Below, in pieces: positions 41,536-55,849 of a stretch of DNA of 64,000 nt; the first letter of the stretch is position 1; every line of letters begins with the position of its first letter. Location of the stretch: assembly GCF_009914755.1 (NCBI RefSeq), contig NC_060937.1, one strand, 5' to 3'. A program made the translations under genes and the position numbers. The stretch comes from the human T2T-CHM13v2.0 reference genome, Homo sapiens. Below the pieces are notes generated by a model. That model did not search any database. It was given only the letters and a program-made list of their open reading frames with translations, and was not told the DNA's origin.

Positions 41536-44500
41536 GGCCTGCCTGCCTGGTTTGATATATCTCTCCACCTGGATTTTAGAGTTAATGATTGGCATGCCAT
41601 TTATTTTTTACCTTTCTCCCTTCCCTATTTCTTTTCTCATTTTCTCCTTTATTTTCTTCATTCCCCATTTAATTTTTTGTTTTCTCGTTTTTTCTCCCCA
41701 GCATCTTTGAGGGCCCTATTTAATCTTAATTGAGAGATCACCAGGGAGACAAATTCTACTAATTGCAAAAATTGAATAAAAAATGGTCTGAGCTTTCAAG
41801 AAAGTGCCTGTTTAGTAAGAATTTTATAGTCTAGTAGTTGCTAACAATTTAAGCTGTTTGTCCCTCCATTACTCAGTTGTCCGGGCAAAACAAATGGTCA
41901 GAGACCAGTCACTGAATGCGGATTAGGGCTTTCCAGGTTCTCAGGACTTCACTGGTCTTGCATGATGTTGTAGGAATGGTGAGGTGGGGCCAAAATTTAC
42001 TTTCTGATCAAACAGCCCATGTGTTCATTGGTTAGGTAATAAATATGATTAAGCCTCTACAGCCCTATAGGCTGCAGCACAGAGGAATTACAGGTAATCT
42101 TGATTTAGAGAGTGTGTTTGGGTAAGTGTTCCAGCTTATTTGCATAGCAAAGGGCTCTGCTGGGGCCACTGACTTTGTTCTCTGTGAACTCCCAATTCTC
42201 TGGGAAGCAGATAATATAGATTCCTCTGCTCTTATCAATTTCCAGTTGCATTCTTCCAAAGCACCAGGAGATTTGTGTTTGGCCATGATTTCAGTTGGCA
42301 TACTTTGGCCCTGGGGTGATTTCTCATCATTATGATGTCAGCCTCCATTTTCATGCCAATGATATAGTTATACCTGTTTTTGGTTTTTGACATCCCTTCC
42401 CTTTCTTTGTCTGGCAGGCATTAAATCATTAATGTTTCAAAATCACATACAGCTGAAACTTTGTAAAACAGCATTTCTAGTAATGAGCTCCTTAAAATTG
42501 CAGAGACAATCCAGTCCTCTCTTTTTCTTGGCCTCCGCTGACCTCCAATTTCACTTCAAACGAGGATGCAGGGGGTTATCTTTGATTGATAATTATTTTT
42601 CCTGATCTAAGATGTATGAAAACCTGTCTTTTATCATGCAAACCTTGCTAGAATGCAGGTATTTCTCTCCATTACTAATGCAGGGAGATTTTCGTCATGA
42701 TTTATGTCTTTCAGATTAAATTACTGGGAAACATGGCCCTTCCTGAAGGCTGGCTATCTCTACAGCAAAAATCGCTCCTTTGCTTTGACAGTCATGATAC
42801 ATCATTGCACCTCTGGCTAATTAGCAGCTTCTTCCCTGGTCTTATTTTTCCACTATGGGGATGTTTGCAAAACTTTTTTTCATGTCAAGCTTCCATTTTA
42901 CCTTACCAAGCACTTCACCTAACTGCTGAAGTTTATCATTCACCAGGGAGACACTGCTGGAAACCCCCAGGAATCCCAGAGCGACTGTCACTGTATGATT
43001 TAGGAGACAGTCACGGAAAATGAGAAGAAGAACGTAAGCAGCTAACCATCATGACACGCACAGAACTCACATACATACTCGGTGGCAGACACAGCGGTGC
43101 CCTCGGATTAGCTCGTTTAATTCTTGCTACAACTTCGTGAGCTACAATCGGTTGAGAAATCTGGTTAAGAATTTAGAGATTAAATAACTTGCTAAAGGCC
43201 ATAGAGCTAAAAAGCAGCAGATATGGGTTCAAATACAGGCATGTCTGACTTTGGTCACTGTAAGGGAGTAGCTGATTCTGTTCTAACCCCAATGCCAACA
43301 CCAACAGAAATGCTCACTTAAACCATGGAAAGATCATTAGACATAACTAACAACGGGGGAAGTGCAGATGTATTTTGTGATGTGCAACCACAGATTTCAG
43401 AAGCCACTCCTATTAATATCTTATTTGTCATGAGTATAAAACTTCTAAGAATATAAGCACATTATTATATTGATTGTCACACAGAGCACAATGCAGAATT
43501 TAGTGGGGATGAATGTAATTAATCTATGAGGCTACGCCATGCCATGCCTGTGACTGGTGGTGGGGGGTCAGGAGTCTGAACAAACTGTGTGCTAAAAATG
43601 GGGAGAGAGAGAAGGAAGGAAAGAGAGAAAGAGAGAGAGAGGTGGGTACTTGTAATGTACAGAGTACAGGTCTGGCCTTCCCCTCACCCCTCAGGGCCCC
43701 TTAAGTGAAGGGGAATGGGGAAGTGAGAATGAATGTCTTCAAGAACCCACCAGGTAGCAAATGGGAGGAATGAAGGGCCAGGGCCAGGGCCAGGGCCTCC
43801 CCCACTGCATGGGAAACCACACTTGTCATGGGAGGAGCTTCTCCTTTATGGATACTTTGAGACTCTGCATTATTTTCTAATTCAGGATAATAAATCCAGC
43901 TCCCTCATGACTTTCCCTCATATTATCTGCCTTTCGTAATCCCTTGTGTCATGTTACATGTCACTTCTCTTCCTAATCTCCATGCTCCAGAACCCCCCAG
44001 GAATTGTCATTCGTGAATCCTTGGTTAATTAAGTCTTTTAATGTCTTTATTTTTATATCTCTTTTCTATTTCATAGGAATAGAACATAAGATATTATATA
44101 TATGTAATATATATAAAATTATGCTCACACACATGCACACACATGTTGTACTAAATGTAAGAAGCACTTTGACCTCTGCAATTGAAAAGTACTTTTTGAG
44201 GTGACAGAATTTTCTGTTAGGCTTTGCTGAGCCTATTCACACGTCTGAGGTGACCTATTTTTCTGACTGTGTCTCAACACTGGCACTGATATGTTTTTCC
44301 AAGGATTTTTCATTGATATTTAAAAACTATTGTTACACTCCCTTTCTGCTTTAGTAAACAGATGATAATACAAACTTTCCTTACTATTTCAAGTCCACCA
44401 TTACAACTTACTCTCCTATACTTTAAATGTAGGTTTTTGGCTGATTCTACCATATTGTGTTCCCTTAAGTAAGTTCTGGATTAATTTTTTTTCATTTGCT

Positions 44501-44811
44501 TTTTTCTCATAAATGTACAATGAGAATGAGCAGCTGCAGGGCTTCCCGGGCATCAAAGCATCTCAGCCATCAAAAGTCACCATATTCTCCAAGAGTGACG
44601 TCTTCTCAGTCAAAGTCACCATATTCTCGAAGAGTGACATCGTCTTTCAGTCACCTCCTTGTGCTTCACCCCACCACACTCCTGCCTTCTTTAGCACCTG
44701 TGTTTGGACGGCCCTCATGGCCTCCATATTCTCCAAGAGTGACGTCGCCTTCTCAGTCAAAGTCACCATATTCTCCAACAGCGACGTCGTCTTCTCAGTC
44801 ACATCCTTGTG

Positions 44812-45853
44812 CTTCACCCCGCCACGTTCCCGCCTTCGTTAGCATCTGTTCACCCCGCCACATTCCCGCCTTCGTCAGCATCTGTTCACCCCGCCGCGCT
44901 CCCGCCTATGTTAGCATCTCTTCACCCCGCCGCGCTCCTGCCTTCCTAAGCATCTGTTCACCCCGCCGCGCTCCCGCCTTCGTCAGCGTCTGTTCACCCC
45001 GCCACGCTCCCGCCTTCGTCAGCGTCTCTTCACCCCGCCGCGCTCCCGCCTTCGTCAGCGTCTCTTCACCCCGCCGCTCTCCCGCCTTCGTCAGCGTCTG
45101 TTCACCCCGCCGCGCTCCCGCCTTCGTCAGCGTCTGTTCACCCCGCCGCGCTCCCGCCTTCGTCAGCGTCTGTTCACCCCGCCGCGCTCCCGCCTTCGTC
45201 AGCGTCTGTTCACCCCGCCGCGCTCCCGCCTTCGTCAGCGTCTGTTCACCCCGCCGCGCTCCCGCCTTCGTCAGCGTCTGTTCACCCCGCCGCGCTCCCG
45301 CCTTCGTCAGCGTCTGTTCACCCCGCCGCGCTCCCGCCTTCGTCAGCGTCTCTTCACCCCGCCGCGCTCCCGCCTTCCTTAGCGTCTGTTCACCCCGCCG
45401 CGCTCCCGCCTTCCTTAGCGTCTGTTCACCCCGCCCCGCTCCCGCCTTCGTCAGCGTCTCTTCACCCCGCCCCGCTCCCGCCTTCGTCAGCGTCTCTTCA
45501 CCCCGCCGCGCTCCCGCCTTCGTCAGCGTCTCTTCACCCCGCCGCGCTCCCGCCTTCGTCAGCGTCTCTTCACCCCGCCGCGCTCCCGCCTTCGTCAGCG
45601 TCTCTTCACCCCGCCGCGCTCCCGCCTTCGTCAGCGTCTCTTCACCCCGCCGCGCTCCCGCCTTCGTCAGCGTCTGTTCACCCCGCCGCGCTCCCGCCTT
45701 CCTTAGCGTCTGTTCACCCCGCCGCGCTCCCGCCTTCGTCAGCGTCTGTTCACCCCGCGGCGCTCCCGCCTTCCTCAGCGTCTGTTCACCCCGCGGCGCT
45801 CCCGCCTTCCTTAGCATCTGTTCACCCCACCGCGCTCCTGCCTTCGTTAGCAT
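44812..45853. repeat. CpG-rich 36-bp VNTR (~29 units)
   Basis: Unit tgttcaccccgccgcgctcccgccttcgtcagcgtc, 6 CpG per core unit; produces the 12-aa periodic ORFs on both strands. Confidence 0.97.
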
Positions 45854-46657
45854 GTGGCTTGTCTGGACGGCCCTCAGCCTCCTTCCATTTCAGCATTGTC
45901 ATCATCACAGTGCTGTGCTACTTGCCTTATTTTTCTCCTTGACGTCTCCCTTGGCTGATTTTTCTTCTCTCTGAATCATTTAAACACATTTCGTCCCCCC
46001 TATTTGATCCTATTGTGTCTCTTCCTCTACTTGAAAAATTCTCCCTAAAATGGGTCCTCAGGACTTCTCTCTTGAGTCTATATATTGTCTGTGATTTTTG
46101 CACTTTATGTATATGCACCTCTGATAAAGAATTTCCTTTGAAGTCTAATCAGCAGCGTCTCCTTATGCAGTGCACCCTCTTTCTTCATCTGGGGATGGAG
46201 TGCTCCTCCACAGTAAGCTATGGTGTCTGGCTATCCAGCAGCTGGCTTCAAGCATGGGACTCTGAGGGGACTCCTCTTTGGTCTTCCCATTATTTCACAT
46301 ATTTACACAGTGCAGAGGGATTCTTCCTGGTCCACGGGTCAGAGAGGAGAATTCTAGTGTACTGCATCTAGTCCTTTCACTCGTATCCAGGTTCACCTGG
46401 GCTGCTAACCCACTTCCTAATTGACATAAATGGATCCTGGCTGTGCTCATGGCTAGCTGCGCCTTTCACCTGTGAAATTTCGTTACGGGAGTTTGTGAAG
46501 TAGCCATTTCTCGGAGGCAAAGACAGAATTGTCCCAGAAATACAGAACACTTGTTATTAGACGGGCTTTTACAATTTAATTCTTGGAATGTTGCTCTCCA
46601 TTGAAGAATAGTTAATCATTGGTAGAGACATGTCAGTCGCACACTGCAGCTTATATA

Positions 46658-46987
46658 CAGTCATGTGTAGCTTAATGACCAGGATTTGCTCTGAGAAGTG
46701 TGTCTTTAGGTGATTTCATCATTGTGCAAACATCATAGAGTGTCCTTGCCTAAACCAGGATGGTAGAGCCTCTCACACACCTAATCTGTATGATAAAGTC
46801 TATTGCTCCTAAGCTACAAGCAGCAGGGTACTGTACTGAATACTGTAGGCAGTTGTAACACAATGGTAAGTATTTGTGTATCTAAACATAGAAAAGGTAC
46901 AATAAAAATACAGTACTATAATCTTATGAGACCACTGTTGTACATGTGGTCTGTCATCGACTGAGACGTCATGGGGCACATGACCAT
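46658..46987. mobile_element. Tigger3a-like DNA transposon
   Basis: cagtcatgtg...ctgagaagtgtgtctttagg...tgtgcaaacatcatagagtgt...gcacatgacca with TA flanks. Confidence 0.75.
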
Positions 46988-48784
46988 ATTACATGTTTTA
47001 GAATCAAGATTAGACTCTAAGCTTTCCAACAACCCTATTGTCCTGTTACTTGTTTCAGGGCTCAAAAACATTGTTGAGGCTGTGGCATGTTTTGTGCTAT
47101 ATAATCTGCTCATATTCCCTGAGATTTCTCTTGTGAAAAACTGTCCATGGCTTTGTTCTTGGACATGCTGAGCCACAATGTGGAACTTTCCCATAATTTA
47201 CTATGCCAGTCACTGCAGCCCTTCTGAGAGGCTGGAGAGAACTCTGTTTCTTTTTCTGTTGTTTTTTTTTTCTATTGATATTTTGTTAAAAATGTAGGTA
47301 GACTTTCCCATCTTAAACTGATAGCAAAAAGAAGAGGCAAATAACAGAAGGAACTATCAACCACTGTTGTTGTTTCCATTCATGCTTATTCTTTATGAAA
47401 TGTTTCTGTGCATGGAGGGAAAAAGGCTCTGAGAATACAGCTAGAACCCACCGTGCCCACGGAGACACTGGCTGTTTCCTGGCATTCTCTTTGGTGGTGG
47501 GAAGCATCTTTTCCCAGACTCACCTATGGTGACACAGACTCAAGTTTGAAAGCATCAGCACTGTTTCTGTCCCAACACCTGCCTTTTTCGGGAATCACAC
47601 ATATTGTTAGTGTTGAGATAACACATTTTGAACCTTTATTTTTATTTTCTGTGTGCCTTTATTGCCCAGAAAGTGTGTGTGTGAGTGTCTGTCTGTCTGT
47701 CTGTCTACGGTGAGGGGAGGTGGGAAGAGGGAGAGGGCAAGGAAGGAGAAGGAAGCAAAGACACTTAAGAAACATCACTTGCTTTGAAGTTAGTGCAAAA
47801 CTAATATTTTGGGTAAAAAGCTTTTCCTTTGCCAGAGCAAATATTTGATTGCTTCAATTCTTCTAAAATATTCTGTTTTCTTCTTGTTTCAGCATCTAGT
47901 AAATTTTGGGCAGTCCTATTTAGCAAAAGAGAATGAATCCAATCAGCATGTCTCAGAAGGTACAGCAATAGGGTTGGAGGAAAAATAATGTATGAGAAAA
48001 GTGAACTGCAGTGTGCTTTTAACTCATTTATAACAGTTAATCAAACTAAATATCTGACTGGCAAATTAACCACTTTGAAGATATTTTGTCATGAGAGTGA
48101 TGGTGGCGAAAGGTACAGGTGATACCTTGTATGTGCCAGTCAGCCATTTATCTTACTGGCCAGCCAGAAAATGGCTTTCATTAGTTATATAGCTTTATGG
48201 AACTAAACTCATTTCTTTGAGGTGTGATGGCACAATAAAGAGAATATTCCCATGCGACTGAGGCCAATCTTCTGTTTTGCCCAATAGGCCACTTTCCGAG
48301 TGATAGCATTTTCAAAATTTGAGGTTTGTAGGGCCAGTCGCTGAGGCCGATGACTGCAGGCAGGTCCCTTTTCCTTTGTTTGGGTCAGTGGCCCTGAGGT
48401 GAGCTGTGCTGCTCTGGTTCTTGTTTGGTTTATACACGATGGCATCCTCTGTTCAGGTCTAAGGTTTCATGTCTTCACCAGTAGAAACAGGATACCTTCT
48501 CAATTTTTAAATTAGAACTGCAAGTTTAATTCTTTATCAAACCATCTAAATATGATAACCCCAACCAGTAATTAAAATTCCCCCAGTTTAAAAATTGTAT
48601 TCATCCCTGAGAGGTCTGAGAAACAAAATTTAAAACAAAAATAAACAATTTAAAATTTAAAAGGGAGCTCTCAGATTCTGTCTGTCTAAGCTTCTCATTT
48701 TAAAGGTGAAAACAATACAGTTATCACGTACAGCTCTAAAGGTTCTGTTGTCAGTGTTTTATATGTGTATGATGTGGGGTGTGT

Positions 48785-48820
<36 letters not shown>

Positions 48821-48843
48821 AACTGATTCTTGTAAGCTGATGA

Positions 48844-49177
<334 letters not shown>

Positions 49178-49612
49178 GAGGTCGTTATGATTATTATTAT
49201 CCCTGCTTTACAGGTAAGAAACCTAGGCCTCTAGGGGTTCATTTACCTTCCGTGGTCAAAGATCTAGCAGTGGCAGCAGCAGACGCAAGCGCAACCAGGT
49301 GTCCTCTGGAGGACTGAGGTCTCCACCACCTTGGAGGAAATCAAGACGCAGAGGAAGGAAGGCTCTTGCCAAGGCCATACAGCTGCTGGTGGCAGCAATT
49401 GCACTGAATATTGAAAATACATAAAGAGCAAAATTTAAATAAATAGCTTCATACGGGACAGACCATAATTGATCTTACTTTTCTCTTATTTATCAAGGTT
49501 TAGTTTGTTTTCCAATTTTGCTGTTAGAGAAAAATGTCCAGACATCTTTTAAACAAGTCTTGGCCTAAATTTGTTTAGATAAGATTTCTAAAAGGAATAA
49601 TAATAATAATAA

Positions 49613-49927
<315 letters not shown>

Positions 49928-50728
49928 TAAAAATAACTGAACAAGCACTCAATAATTTGAGAGGCATTTCAAAATTTGCTGTAATCTGTGTTTAAGTGGT
50001 TGTGAGATTAATTTTTGTTTTTCCAAGAATTTTTAATTCAATACCTTTATTCGTTTTTCTTTTCTTTCAAGTTTTTAAAAAATAAATCTTATCTATTAAA
50101 ATATTAACTCTGTGACAGTCACATTCTTTGATTTTCATTCTCTCCAAATACTCTTCTATTCACCCATTCCCTGACTAGGGGTAGAGAGGTCACTTGTATG
50201 TGATGTCAGCACCTCTGCTGTCCTTCCTAATGTCTTGCTCCTTGGACTTGTGGACTCACATGGATCTTGGATTATCGGAATGACAGGCCAAGAAGGTAGG
50301 ATGTGGGACGTTATCTTGGACAGCTTCCAGTAGTTCCACTTGTTTACACACTCTTTCTTTTTGTTCCTTATGCTGCTATTATATTTTTGAAAAACTTGTA
50401 CTTCATACTGTAAGTAAGTATTTGGATGTCAAGTCTATTGCCCAGTAGGGAGAAACAATGACCTATCGGATATATGTGAATATATACATATATGTATACA
50501 TATATGTATTTATATTGATAAAGGAAATATCTGTGTGTATATGCATTTGTGTATATATACATACAAATAAATATAAAATAAAAATGAATATATATCTTAT
50601 GCAAACATATATTTTATAATCTATCGATATATTAATCTAAAATTATTATCAATTATATATCATAATATATACTGTATAAGTTAGGTATATTAATTATAAA
50701 TGATTACTATTTAATAAAATTATCTAGA

Positions 50729-51099
50729 TGATATGGTTTGGCTCTGTCCCCACCCAAATCTAATGTTGAATTTTAGTTCCCATAATCCCCATGTGTGGTG
50801 GGAGGGACCTGGTGGGAGGTAATTGAATCATGGGGCAGTTACCCTTATGCTGCTGTTCTCAAGATAGTGAGTAAATTCTCCTGAAACCTGATGGTTGTAT
50901 AAGGGGCTTTCCCCTCTTTGCTAGGCACTTCTCTCTCCTACCCCTTTGTGAAGAAGGACGTGCTCGCTTCCCCTTCAGCCATGATTGTAAGTTTCCTGAG
51001 GCCTTCCCAGCCATGTGAGTCAATTAAGACAAAAACTTTCCTTATAAATTACCCAGTCTTGAGTATGTTTTCAAAGCAGCATGAGAATGGACTAATACA
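50729..51099 (+). mobile_element. THE1D-like MaLR solo LTR
   Basis: tgatatggtttggctctgtccccacccaaatct...gaatggactaataca; 5-bp TSD CTAGA. Confidence 0.9.
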
Positions 51100-51194
51100 C
51101 TAGAATATAAAAATATGAATAAATTTAATAACAATATACAACAATAATCATGTATACATACATATCTAAGTGTAAACATAAATATACAGTATTA

Positions 51195-52018
51195 TTTGGG
51201 AAAACCTCTCAAACCGTGTTTCTTCTGCTCTGATACCACACATCAACAATCAACATAGAAGATTCTGGGATCCCAAATGTGTGAGGATTTTTTCCCACTG
51301 GCAAGCAAACAATCAATTCTGCAGCAGACACCAGGTGAGTGTCCTTCAATTCTATTCCAACATTATCTACCTGGAGACAGCATCAGATTCCACATGTTGG
51401 GGGCTCAGTCCCCAAGACTGCCCTCCACCCTGACACTAGTCTCCAGTCTGGGCTTCTGGAACTTCTGATTAATGGGCTTCAATTTGGGGTTCCCATGACT
51501 CCCTCTTTGGCTCAATTAATTTGCTGGAATGGCTCACAGAACCAGGGAAACACTTACTTGCATTTATCAGATTATTATAAAGGATATTGCAAAGGACACA
51601 GATGAAGAGATGCGTAAGTTGAGGTATGGGGGAAGAAGCAAGGAGCTTCCATGCTTTTTCTGGGCATCACCCTCTAGGAACCTCCCTGTGTCCAGGTATG
51701 TGGAAATGCCCCCAACCTTGTCCTTTCGGGGTTTTATGGAGGCTTCATGACATAGGCATGACTGATTAAACCATTGGCCATTGGTGCTCAACTTGACCTT
51801 CAACCCCTCTCCCCTCCCAGGAGGTTGATGGGTGGGTCTGGAAGTCCCAACCCTCTAATCCTTCCTTGGTCTTTTTGGTGACCAGCCCTACCTTGAAGCT
51901 ATTAGTCAACATTAGCATGCAAAAAGACAGCACTTAGAGATTCTAAGGACGTTAGGAGTTGTATCTCAGGCAGGGGGAAAACAGAAGGAAGGCCAAATAT
52001 ATATTTCACAGCATCACA
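51195..52018 (-). mobile_element. MER21-family LTR
   Basis: ggctcagtcccaagactgccc...ggctcacagaaccagggaaacac...ggaggcttcatgacataggcatgactgattaaa...atatatttcacagcatcaca. Confidence 0.7.
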
Positions 52019-52026
52019 AGTGCATA

Positions 52027-52649
52027 TGATATAGGAGTTGAAAAGAAATTACTTAGTCAGTTAGTGAGGGTACAGAAGTCCTCAGTAAAGTTTTCCTTTT
52101 AATCAAAAGTGGCCCCCAAATCATTATTTTTCTAACAAAGAGCAGCCTGTAAAATCAAGCTACAGACATAAACAAGCAAGCTGAAAGCTTGCATGGGTGA
52201 ATGCCAGCAATTGTGCCCATAGTTATGTACTACCTGGGCTAGGCATGTTCAAAATGGTGGCTCCATTTTCTCTTTTTGCCAGCCACTCTATTGTAAGGAG
52301 CAGACAAGATGGTGAAGGTCAAGTGGAAAGTCCATTTGCATAATAAGATTAGGGTGGGACTACCAGCCTTTCCCGCCTGCTATGTAAACGTCCCACCTGG
52401 TCAAGCCAATCCATGAGCCCTAGGGAAAGCAGACACCACCTCCTCAAGCCTGCCTATAAACTCTGCTGTGGTCTGACACTGTCCCCCTTTCTGACACCTC
52501 TCTCTCACAAGGAGCTGCTCTCCTCTCTCCTTTCTTCTGCCTATTAAACTTTCCACTCCTTAACCCACCCACATGTGTTCATGTCCTTAATTTTCTCAGC
52601 ACAAGAGGATGAACCCCTGGTACTTACCACTGACAATGATGCTGCTTCA
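52027..52649 (+). mobile_element. LTR9-like solo LTR
   Basis: tgatataggagttg...gctgcttca; 4-bp TSD CATA. Confidence 0.8.
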
Positions 52650-52705
52650 CATATAATGTAAATATATATTTAATAACCTACATATTTCTACATATATTGA
52701 TGTGT

Positions 52706-52736
<31 letters not shown>

Positions 52737-53744
52737 CAAATGTGGGCCATTACAGATGTTAATTTCTAAAAGAATGGTGCAGACAAATGCCGCGATTGAG
52801 GAGAGAGTGCTTTGAGCTTGGGGCTGGACAGGCTTAGCCTGGCACGAGCACTTGCAGCCTTGCACTGAGGAATGGGAAGTCCCCACAGACTGAAAATCTT
52901 CAGGGAGGACATCCTTAATAAGTTCAGCCAACTTTTTTCTGAGCATATCTTTCCCACCAAAAATCACTTTCCAAAGGTTCGTGTCAGGTAACGAACACAG
53001 CACGTTCTCGAGAGAATAAGCTAGTTTGAATTAGAGGGTTAATTTAGGTGAACAGTGGCAAAATTGTGGCAATAGTGAGTTGCGTTTTGAAGTGTTGTAA
53101 TTTTTGACTTGTTAAATAGGTTTTAACCTTTGGCAGGAGTAAAGAGCCATTGGAGGTTTCTCTGGAGGAGACTGACCTGCACAAATTATTTTTGTAATAA
53201 AGAATTACATTAGAAATAGAAGTTAGATGGACTGAGACAAAAACTTGAGACAGGGAAGCTAAAGGAGAGTGGGTGGCATTATCCTGGGTGAACCGCAAGG
53301 AGGGTGTCGGGGTGGCTGTGTGAGGCATCCCTAGAGGAGGTCTGGGAGCTGACTGCATGCTGGGATTCAGATGGGAAGAGTCAGATGACTCCATGTTTTA
53401 TAAACATGTAGTTGACAGAAATAGCACAGTCAAGAAGGAACTTTGGCTTTGAGGAAAATACATGATCTATTTTGTGTAGGCAAAGCAGAGAATCAGGTGA
53501 AAAGCTATCACCTTCTTTTAACTTGTTAACAACTCTTATAAAATCTGCCAGGGACAGGGACATAAATGATGGTAATACACATAATTATTATGGGGTTTCA
53601 GGAATCTGTGTTTCTCTTTTCCCTATTAATTCTGAAATATGGCGAGGCTGTGTTCAGATTTCAAAGAAGCACTAATTCTCTCAGGTCATTCTTTACAATC
53701 TGCGGCCATATTTTTCCACTAGAGCAAACCATTTCCTTTTTACC

Positions 53745-53936
53745 GGGTTTTTCCCTCCCTCCCTCACTCCCTTTCTCCCTTTCTTTTTTTCTCTCTTTCT
53801 TTTCATCTTTCTCTTTCTCCTTTCTTTTCTTTTGGTCTTTTTTCTCTTTCTTTCTCTTTCCCTTCTTTCCTTCCTTCTTCCTTGATTCCTTCCTTCCTTC
53901 CTTCCTCCCTTCCTTCTTTTTTCTCTTTCTTCTTTA
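53745..53936. repeat. Polypyrimidine (CT-rich) low-complexity tract
   Basis: About 190 bp almost exclusively C/T. Confidence 0.9.
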
Positions 53937-54634
53937 GAATACATTCAACTCTGGTTTACACGCCCTAAGAGTTAATAGTATTTAAAAGTTGATACCCTTA
54001 TTTAGTCAAAATAACAGTTGGGACTGGTTTAGTTTCTAACACAGGTTTCCCTCTTGTCTCCATTGGCAATATTGGTTGACAAATTGTCATAGTGCCTAAA
54101 CTAATGAAATAGCTCTTTATGATTTTGGAGGAGACACCCTACAGAATTTGTATCAAATGAATTGTAACTCCTAAAGGTTTACTGTGCTTTTTGGAGGTGC
54201 TATATAAATGCCAGAGCCTCAGGGCAAGATCACTTATCATCTAAGGTGGGCTAGGGAGATCCTTCAGCTATTCCTGCTTCAGGAGAAAGGAAGCTGGCTT
54301 GAATAACCCACACACCAAGGTTCATAGTTGATTATTATGTCATATCTGAAGATAGAATGTTTTGGTTTTATTTGCTAGAGTAAATAATCAAGCAACAAAA
54401 GTGTGAAGGGGACTCCCTTTAATTGCTTCCACCCTCTACCATAGACCTCTTAATAAGACAAGAACATAAAAAAGTAAACAATATTTTAATTTCAAATTTC
54501 TGGTTAACAAAAAAATATTGGAAATTCTTACTATTGGGAAGAAAATTTCTACTTCCATGTCCTGGAAACATAACAAAGGCAAAAAAAGAATATTTGGGAC
54601 AATGTTTAAGTTTTACATTTTTCCAACTTAATAA

Positions 54635-55260
54635 TGAAGCGGTGACATTGTCTGGTGTAAATACCTGGGGTTCATTGTCTCATGCCAAGAAAATTTAGGG
54701 CACAGACACTCATGGAGGAGTTTAGGAGTAGAGGTTTAATAGGCAGAAAAAAGAGAAAGGAGAATAGCTCTCTCTCCGGTGAGAGAGACAAGGGCTTCTG
54801 AAAGGGAAAGACTGGCCAATGGCAGAGTGCGCCAAGTTTTATAGACAGGTTTGAGAAGGTAGTGTCCGACTTATGTAGGACCCACAGATTGGTTATATCA
54901 GGTGTGAGGTTTACATAGCATGAGGAGAAGGCTGGCCGCCCCACCCTAACATTATTATGCAATTGGGCTTTCCACTTGACCGGTGCCATCTTGTCTGCTC
55001 CTTCCTGTACACGTGGTTGGCAAAGGGAAAGGGAGATGGAGCTGCCATTTTGAACATGCCTAGTCCCCGTAGGTTTTTCCTGCTGACCTTCACCCGTGCA
55101 AGCTTGCAGCTGGCTTGTCTATGTCTGCAGCTCCATCTTACAGGCTGCTCTTCTTAGAAAGTGACTTTGGGTCTCCTTTTCACTAAAAAAGAAAACCTTT
55201 ACCGAGCACTTTTGTACCCTCACTATCTGCTCAAGTAATTTCTTTTTAACTCCTATATCA
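54635..55260 (-). mobile_element. LTR9-like solo LTR
   Basis: tgaagcgg...aactcctatatca, reverse complement of the 52027 and 34679 copies; flanks ataa and acaa (TSD with 1 mismatch). Confidence 0.8.
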
Positions 55261-55329
55261 ACAACAGGACTAAACAATGAATTGTAACATTTTAAAGTCA
55301 GGGTTGATTAAGGTATAATTTACATATGG

Positions 55330-55845
55330 TGACGGGCTTCTTGATATACTACCCCAAAATACGTTACCTTGGCACTTGGGGAAATGGCAGATGCAGAAAG
55401 GTCACTCTCACCTTTCCTTGCTCGTCTCCCATGAAACAGGTCATAAAATAACTCTCTGACCTTCCTCTAAAGTAGAAAATAAAACCTTCACTTCAGGGCT
55501 GCCCTCCCTATGTCCTAGGAAAGGAACATCTCTATCCTTCAAGACACAGAGCTGTCAAGTAGAATCTGAAGAAACAGGCCTTGCTCAAGTTACCCCAATT
55601 TATTACTATTATATCAAGGCTTTTGGCCTCCAATCATATTTCTCTACTATACACTTCTTCACCAAATTTAGCATAAAAATACACAGGTTTTGCTGTTTTG
55701 TTAGGCCTTCACTTGTGAAGTCTTCACGTTATGTGTAACTTGTGTTAAATAAATATGTATGCCTTTCTCTTGTTAATCTTGTGTTTTCGACTCTCAGTTA
55801 TGAACCTAACAATGAAAGAGGAAAACAAATCCTTATCGTACTTCA
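55330..55845 (+). mobile_element. MER39-like ERV1 LTR
   Basis: tgacgggc...ctaccccaaaatacgttaccttggcacttg...gcagaaaggtcactctcacctt; homologous to 62113-62955. Confidence 0.65.
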
Positions 55846-55849
55846 CGAT

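Noticed and set aside
43775-43795. (GGGCCA)n canonical G4 motif
   Set aside because: Single short motif with no functional context; common in the genome.
44496-45974. 492-aa (+) and 315-aa (-) ORFs with 12-aa repeats
   Set aside because: Product of a stop-free 36-bp VNTR (multiple of 3) that is open on both strands; no recognisable domain.
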